A DNA stretch of 64,000 nt, from assembly GCA_964016885.1 (NCBI GenBank), contig OZ024744.1, positions 110,112,001-110,176,000 of the forward strand, given 5' to 3'. The notes below the pieces were generated by a model, which did not search any database, had not been told where the DNA came from, and was given only the letters and a program-made list of their open reading frames with translations. The stretch comes from Eledone cirrhosa. Taxonomy: Eukaryota. This document shows, in pieces, positions 54,773 to 64,000 of this stretch (the stretch's first letter is position 1; each line of letters starts with the position of its first letter). The translations under genes and the position numbers were made by a program.

Positions 54773-57700
54773 ACTGAACACAGTAAAACTACACAATCCA
54801 CTATAAATTACCTTGCCCTGAACACAGTAAAACTACACAATCCACTATAACTTACCTTGCCCTGAACACAGTAAAACTACACAATCCACTATAACTTACC
54901 TTGCCCTGAACACAGTAAAACTACACGATCCACTATAAATTACCTTGCCCTGAACACAGTAAAACTACACAATTCACTATAACTTACCTTGACCTGAACA
55001 CAGTAAAACTACACAATCCACTATAACTTACCTTGCCCTGAACACACTAAAACTACACAATCCACTATAACTTAACTGGCCCTGAACACAGTAAAACTAC
55101 ACAATCCACTATAACTTACCTTGCACTGAACACACTAAAACTACACAATCCACTATAATTTACCTTGCCCTGAACACAGTAAAACTAAACAATCCACTAT
55201 AACTTACCTTGCTCTGAACACAGTAAAACTACACAATCCACTATAACTTACCTTGCCCTGAACACAGTAAAACTAACACAATCCACTATAACTTACCTTG
55301 CTCTGAACACAGAAAAACTATATAATCCACTATAACTTACCTTGCTCTGAACACAGTAAAGCTACACAATCCACTATAACTTACCTTGCTCTGAACACAG
55401 TAAAACTACACAAACCCCTATACCTTACCTTGCCCTGAACACAGTAAAACTACACAATCCACTATAACTTACCTTGCCCTGAACACAATAAAACTACACA
55501 AACCCCTATACCTTACCTTGCCCTGCACACAGTAAAACTACACAATCCACTATAACTTACTTTGCCCTGAACACAGTAAAACTACACAAACCACTATAAC
55601 TTACCTTGCCCTGAACTCAGTAAAACTACATAATCCACTGTAACTTACCTTGCCCTGAACACAGTAAAACTACACAACCCACTATAACATACCTTGCTCT
55701 GAACACATCAAAACTACACAATCCACTATAACTTACCTTGCCCTGAACACAGTAAAACTACACAATCCACTATAACTTACCTTACCCTGAACACAGTAAA
55801 ACTACATAATCCACTATAACTTACCTTGCTCTGAACACAGTAAAACTACACAATCCAATTTAACTTACCTTGCTCTGAACACAGTAAAACTACACAATCC
55901 ACTTTAACTTACCTTGCTCTGAACACAGTAAAACTACACAATCCACTATAACTTACCTTGCCCTGAACACAGTAAAACTACACAATCCACTATAACTTAC
56001 CTTGCCCTGAACACAGTAAAACTACACGATCCACTATAAATTACCTTGCCCTGAACACAGTAAAACTACATAATCCACTATAACTTACCTTGCTCTGAAC
56101 ACAGTAAAACTACACAATCCAATTTAACTTACCTTGCTCTGAACACAGTAAAACTACACAATCCACTTTAACTTACCTTGCTCTGAACACAGTAAAACTA
56201 CACAATCCACTATAACTTACCTTGCCCTGAACACAGTAAAACTACACAATCCACTATAACTTACCTTGCCCTGAACACAGTAAAACTACACGATCCACTA
56301 TAAATTACCTTGCCCTGAACACAGTAAAACTACACAATCCACTATAACTTACCTTGACCTGAACACAGTAAAACTACACAATCCACTATAACTTACCTTG
56401 CCCTGAACACACTAAAACTACACAATCCACTATAACTTAACTGGCCCTGAACACAGTAAAACTACACAATCCATTAAAACTTACCTTGCACTGAACACAC
56501 TAAAACTACACAATCCACGATAATTTACCTTGCCCTGAACACAGTAAAACTAAACAATCCACTATAACTTACCTTGCTCTGAACACAGTAAAACTACACA
56601 ATCCACTATAACTTACCTTGCCCTGAACACAGTAAAACTAACACAATCCACTATAACTTACCTTGCTCTGAACACAGTAAAACTACATAATCCACTATAA
56701 CTTACCTTGCTCTGAACACAGTAAAGCTACACAATCCACTATAACTTAACTTGCTCTGAACACAGAAAAACTACACAAACCCCTATACCTTACCTTGCCC
56801 TGAACACAGTAAAACTACACAATCCACTATAACTTACCTTGCCCTGAACACAATAAAACTACACAAACCCCTATACCTTACCTTGCCCTGAACACAGTAA
56901 AACTACACAATCCACTATAACTTACTTTGCCCTGAACACAGTAAAACTACACAAACCACTATAACTTACCTTGCCCTGAACTCAGTAAAACTACATAATC
57001 CACTGTAACTTACCTTGCCCTGAACACAGTAAAACTACACAACCCACTATAACATACCTTGCTCTGAACACATCAAAACTACACAATCCACTATAACTTA
57101 CCTTGCCCTGAACACAGTAAAACTACACAATCCACTATAACTTACCTTGCCCTGAACACAGTAAAAGTACATAATCCACTATAACTTACCTTGCCCTGAA
57201 CACAGTAAAACTACATAATCCACTATAACTTACCTTCCTCTGAACACAGTAAAACTACACAATCCAATTTAACTTACCTTGCTCTGAACACAGTAAAACT
57301 ACACAATCCAATTTAACTTACCTTGCTCTGAACACAGTAAAACTACACAATCCACTATAACTTACCTTGCTCTGAACACAGTAAAGCTACACAATCCACT
57401 ATAACTTACCTTGACCTGAACACAGTAAAATTACACAATCCACTATAGCTAACCTTGCCCCGAACACAGTAAAACTACACAATTCACTATAACTTACCTT
57501 GACCTGAACACAGTAAAACTACACAATCCACTTTAACTTACCTTGCTCTGACCACAGTAAAACTACACGATCCACTATAACTTACCTTGCCCTGAACACA
57601 GTAAAACTACATAATCCACTATAACTTAACATGCTCGGAACACAGTAAAACTACACAACCCACTATAACTTACCTTGCTCTGAACACAGTAAAACTACAC

Positions 57701-60700
57701 AATCCACTATAACTTACCTTGCCCTGAACATAGTAAAAGAACGTAATCCACTATAACTTACCTTCCTTTGAACACAGTAAAACTACACAATCCACTATAA
57801 TTTACCTTGCCCTGAACACAGTAAAACTACACAATCCACTATAACTTACCTTGCTCTGAACACAGTAAAACTGCATAATCCACTATAACTTACCTTGCCC
57901 TGAACACAGTAAAACTAACACAATCCACTATAACTTACCTTGCCCTGAACACAGTAAAACTACAGAATCCACTATAAATAACGTTGCCCTGAACATACTA
58001 AAACTACACAATCTTCTATAACTTACCTTGCCCTGAACACAGTAAAACTACACGATCCACTATAACTTACCTTGCCCTAAACACAGTAAAGCTACACAAT
58101 CCACTATAATTTACCTTGCCCTGAACACAGTAAAACTGCATAATCCACTATAACTTACCTTGCCCTGAACACAGTAAAACTACACAATCCACTATAACTT
58201 ACCTTGCCCTGAACACTGTAAAACTACATAATCTACTATAACTTACCTTGCCCTGAAACAGTAAAACTACACAAACCACTATAATTTACCTTGCCCTGAA
58301 CACAGTAAAACTACACAATCCACTATAACTTACCTTAACCTGAACACAGTAAAACTACACAATCCACTATAAATTACCTTGCCCTGAACACAGTAAAACT
58401 ACACAACCCACTATAACATTCCTTGCTCTGAACACATCAAAACTACACAATCCACTATAACTTACCTTGCCCTGAACACAGTAAAACTACACAATCCACT
58501 ATAACTTACCTTGCCCTGAACACAGTAAAAGTACATAATCCACTATAACTTACCTTGCCCTGAACACAGTAAAACTACATAATCCACTATAACTTACCTT
58601 CCTCTGAACACAGTAAAACTACACAATCCAATTTAACTTACCTTGCTCTGAACACAGTAAAACTACACAATCCACTTTAACTTACCTTGCTCTGAACACA
58701 GTAAAACTACACAATCCACTATAACTTACCTTGCTCTGAACACAGTAAAGCTACACAATCCACTATAACTTACCTTGACCTGAACACAGTAAAATTACAC
58801 AATCCACTATAGCTAACCTTGCCCCGAACACAGTAAAACTACACAATTGACTATAACTTACCTTGACCTGAACACAGTAAAACTACACGATCCACTTTAA
58901 CTTACCTTGCTCTGACCACAGTAAAACTACACGATCCACTATAACTTACCTTGCCCTGAACACAGTAAAACTACATAATCCACTATAACTTAACATGCTC
59001 GGAACACAGTAAAACTACACAACCCACTATAACTTACCTTGCTCTGAACACAGTAAAACTACACAATCCACTATAACTTACCTTGCTCTGAACACAGTAA
59101 AACTGCATAATCCACTATAACTTACCTTGCCCTGAACACAGTAAAACTACACAATTGACTATAACTTACCTTGCCCTGAACATAGTAAAAGAACGTAATC
59201 CACTATAACTTACCTTCCTTTGAACACAGTAAAACTACACAATCCACTATAATTTACCTTGCCCTGAACACAGTAAAACTACACAATCCACTATAACTTA
59301 CCTTGCTCTGAACACAGTAAAACTGCATAATCCACTATAACTTACCTTGCCCTGAACACAGTAAAACTAACACAATCCACTATAACTTACCTTGCCCTGA
59401 ACACAGTAAAACTACAGAATCCACTATAAATTACGTTGCCCTGAACATACTAAAACTACACAATCTTCTATAACTTACCTTGCCCTGAACACAGTAAAAC
59501 TACACAATCCACTATAACTTACCTTGCCCTAAACACAGTAAAGCTACACAATCCACTATAACTTACCTTGCCCTGAACACAGTAAAACTGCATAATCCAC
59601 TATAACTTACCTTGCCCTGAACACAGTAAAACTACACAATCCACTATAACTTACCTTGCCCTGAACACAGTAAAACTACACAATCCACTATAACTTAGCT
59701 TGTCCTGAACACACTAAAACTACACAATCCACTATAACTTACCTTGTCCTGAACACACTAAAACTACACAATCCACTATAACTTAACTGGCCCTGAACAC
59801 AGTAAAACTACACAATCCACTATAACTTAGCTTGCACTGAACACAGTAAAACTACACAATCCACTATAACTTACCTTGCTCTGAACACAGTAAAACTACA
59901 CAATCCACTATAACTTACCTTGCTCTGAGCACAGTAAAACTACACAATCCACGATAACTTACCTTGCTCTGAACACAGTAAAACTAAATAATCCACTATA
60001 ACTTACCTTGCTCTGAACACAGTGAAACTACACAATCCACTATAACTTACCTTGCCCTGAACACAGTAAAACTAACACAATCCACTATAACTTACCTTGC
60101 CCTGAACACACTAAAACTACACAATCCACTATAACTTACCTTGCTCTGAACACAGTGAATCTACACAATCCACTATAACTTACCTTGCCCTGAACACAGT
60201 AAAACTACGTAATCCACTATAAGTTACCTTGTTCTGAACACAGTAAAACCACACAATCCACTATAACTTACCTTGTTCTGAACACAGTAAAGCTACACAA
60301 TCCACTATAACTTACCTTGCCCTGAACACAGTAAAACTACGTAATCCACTATAACTTACCTTGCCCTGAACACAGTAAAACCACACAATCCACTATAACT
60401 TACCTTGTTCTGAACACAGTAAAGCTACACAATCCACTATAACTTACCTTGCCCTGAACACAGTAAAACTACGTAATCCACTATAACTTACCTTGCCCTG
60501 AACACAGTAAAACTACACAATCCACTATAACTTACCTTGTTCTGAACACAGTAAAGCTACACAATCCACTATAACTTACCTTGCCCTGAACACAGTAAAA
60601 CTACGTAATCCACTATAACTTACCTTGCTCTGAACACAGTAAAACCACACAATCCACTATAACTTACCTTGTTCTGAACACAGTAAAGCTACACAATCCA

Positions 60701-63700
60701 CTATAACTTACCTTGCCCTGAACACAGTAAAACTACGTAATCCACTATAACTTACCTTGCCCTGAACACAGTAAAACTACACAATCCACTATAACTTAAC
60801 TGGCCCTGAACACAGTAAAACTACACAATAACTATAGCTTACCTTGCCCTGAACACAGTAAAACTACACAATCCACTATAACTTACCTTCCTCTGAACAC
60901 AGTAAAACTACACAATCCAATTTAACTTACCTTGCTCTGAACACAGTAAAACTACACAATCCACTTTAACTTACCTTGCTCTGAACACAGTAAAACTACA
61001 CAATCCACTATAACTTACCTTGTTCTGAACACAGTAAAGCTACACAATCCACTATAACTTACCTTGACCTGAACACAGTAAAATTACACAATCCACTATA
61101 ACTTACCTTGCTCTGACCACAGTAAAACTACACGATCCACTATAACTTACCTTGCCCTGAACACAGTAAAACTACATAATCCACTATAACTTACCTTGCC
61201 CTGAACAGAGTAAAATTACACAATCCACTATAACTAACCTTGCCCCGAACACAGTAAAACTACACAATTCACTATAACTTACCTTGCTCTGAACACAGTA
61301 AAACTACACAATCCACTTTAACTTACCTTGCTCTGACCACAGTAAAACTACACGATCCACTATAACTTACCTTGCCCTGAACACAGTAAAACTAACACAA
61401 TCCACTATAACGTACCTTGCCCTGAACACAGTAAAACTACACGATCCACTTTAAATTACGTTTCCATGAACATACTAAAACTACACAATCTTCTTTAACT
61501 TACCTTGCCCTGAACACAGTAAAAGGACACAATCTTCTATAACTTACCTTGCCCTGAATACAGTAAAACTACACAATCCCCTATACCTTACCTTGCTCTG
61601 AACACAGTAAAACTACACAATCCACTATAACTTACCTTGCCCTGAACACAGTAAAACTACACAATCCACTATAACTTAAATTGCCCTGAACTCAGTAAAA
61701 CTACATAATCCACTGTAACTTACCTTGCCCTGAACACAGTAAAAGTACACAACCCACTATAACTTACCTTGCTCTGAACACAGCAAAACTACACAATCCA
61801 CTATAACTTACCTTGCCCTGAACACAGTAAAACTACACAATCCACTATAACTTACCTTGCCCTGAACACAGTAAAAGTACATAATCCACTATAACTTACC
61901 TTGCTCTGAACACAGTATAACTTACCTTGCTCTGAACACAGTAAAACTACACGATTTAATTTAACTTACCTTGCATTGAACACGGTAAAACTACACAATC
62001 CACTATAACTTACCTTGCTCTAAACACAGTAAAACTACATAATCCACTATAACTTACCTTGCCCTGAACACAGTAAAACTAACACAATCCACTATAACGT
62101 ACCTTGCCCTGAACACAGTAAAACTACACGATCCACTTTAAATTACGTTTCCATGAACATACTAAAACTACACAATCTTCTTTAACTTACCTTGCCCTGA
62201 ACACAGTAAAACTACACAATCCACTATAACTTACCTTGCTCTGAACACAGTAAAACTACACAATCCACTATAACTTACCTTGCGCTGAACACAGTAAAAC
62301 TACACAACCCACTATAACTTACCTTGCCCTGAACACAGTAAAACTACACAATCCACTATAACTTACCTTGCCCTGAACACAGTAAAACTACACAATCCAC
62401 TTCAACTTACCTTGCTCTGAACACAGTAAAACTACACAATCCACTATAACTTACCTTGCCCTGAACATACTAAAACTACACAATCCACTATAACTTACCT
62501 TGCCCTGAACACAGTAAAACTACACAATCCACTATAACTTACCTTGTCCTGAACACACTAAAACTACACAATCCACTATAACTTACCTTGTCCTGAACAC
62601 ACTAAAACTACACAATCCACTATAACTTAACTGGCCCTGAACACAGTAAAACTACACAATCCACTATAACTTAGCTTGCACTGAACACAGTAAAACTACA
62701 CAATCCACTATAACTTACCTTGCTCTGAACACAGTAAAACTACACAATCCATTATAACTTACCTTGCTCTGAGCACAGTAAAACTACACAATCCACTATA
62801 ACTTACCTTGCCCTGAACACAGTAAAATACGTAATCCACTATAACTTACCTTGCTCTGAACACAGTGAAACTACACAATCCACTATAACTTACCTTGCCC
62901 TGAACACAGTGAAACTACGTAATCCACTATAACTTACCTTGCTCTGAACACAGTAAAACTACACAATCCACTATAACTTACCTTGCCCTGAACACAGTAA
63001 AATACGTAATCCACTATAACTTACCTTGCCCTGAACACAGTAAAACTACACAATCCACTATAACTTAACTGGCCCTGAACACAGTAAAACTACACAATCA
63101 CTATAGCTTACCTTGCCCTGAACACAGTAAAACTACACAATCCACTATAACTTAAATTGCCCTGAACTCAGTAAAACTACATAATCCACTGTAATTTACC
63201 TTGCCCTGAACACAGTAAAACTACACAACCCACTATAACATACCTTGCTCTGAACACAGTAAAACTACACAATCCACTATAACTTACCTTGCCCTGAACA
63301 CAGTAAAAGTACATAATCCACTATAACTTACCTTGCCATGAACACAGTATAACTTACCTTGCTCTGAACACAGTAAAACTACACAATCCACTATAAATTA
63401 CCTTGCTCTGAACACAGTAAAACTACATAATCCACTATAACTTACCTCGCCCTGAACACACTAAAACTACACAATCTTCTATAACTTACCTTGCCCTGAA
63501 CACAGTAAAACTACGCAATCCACTATAAATTACCTTGCTCTGAACACAGTAAAACTACACGATCCACTATAACTTACCTTGCCCTGAACACAGTAAAACT
63601 ACACAATCCACTATAAATTACCTTGTTCTGAACACAGTAAAACTACACAATCCACTATAATTTACCTTGCTCTGAAGAGAGTAAAACTACACAATCCACT

Positions 63701-64000
63701 ATAACTTAAATTGCCCTGAACTCAGTAAAACTACATAATCCACTGTAACTTACCTTGCCCTGAACACAGTATAACTTACCTTGCTCTGAACACAGTAAAA
63801 CTACACAATCCACTATAACTTACCTTGCCCTGAACACAGTAAAACTACGTAATCCACTATAACTTACCTTGCCCTGAACACAGTAAAACTACACAATCCA
63901 CTATAACTGCCCTTGCTCTGAACACAGTAAAACTACATAATCCACTATAACTTACTTTGCCCTGAACACAGTAAAACTACACAATCCACTATAATTTACC
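54773..64000. repeat. 44-bp tandem satellite, about 210 copies, running off the window end
   Basis: Consensus CTGAACACAGTAAAACTACACAATCCACTATAACTTACCTTGC(C/T); the unit recurs at 54818 and 54862. Confidence 0.98.

Noticed and set aside
54773-64000. CRISPR-like array
   Set aside because: Contiguous monomers with no unique spacers, no cas genes and a eukaryotic context.

Overview
Eukaryotic, AT-rich, repeat-dominated DNA with no recognisable host protein-coding gene. The SINE types, microsatellite load and TE mix suggest an octopus/cephalopod genome, but that is an inference. Most ORFs in the track are (TA)n/(CA)n/(GTT)n artefacts. Positions 1-43.9 kb are a chain of (TA)n microsatellites with Penelope-like element (PLE) copies and short non-coding PLE-type tails between them. 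By hand I find about 35 type-I hammerhead ribozyme (HHR) motifs in about 12 sequence families. About a dozen insertions are fold-back (inverted-repeat) structures with arms from about 20 bp to about 1.15 kb. One perfect palindrome turns exactly at an HHR stem-II loop, and another turns at the 5' end of a tRNA-like head, which is a candidate PLE-mobilised SINE. Also present are a near-complete, disabled RT+GIY-YIG PLE with 39-bp terminal inverted repeats (27.2-30.7 kb), retrozyme-like ~420-440-nt HHR tandems, Helitrons (two joined precisely head-to-tail), two tRNA-SINE families, a decayed R4/Dong-like LINE, a decayed Tx1/L1-like LINE and an RTE-like fragment. The last 9.2 kb are a 44-bp satellite with 31-mer and 3-mer higher-order periods, and each monomer carries AG|6 nt|GTAAGT splice-like signals on the minus strand.
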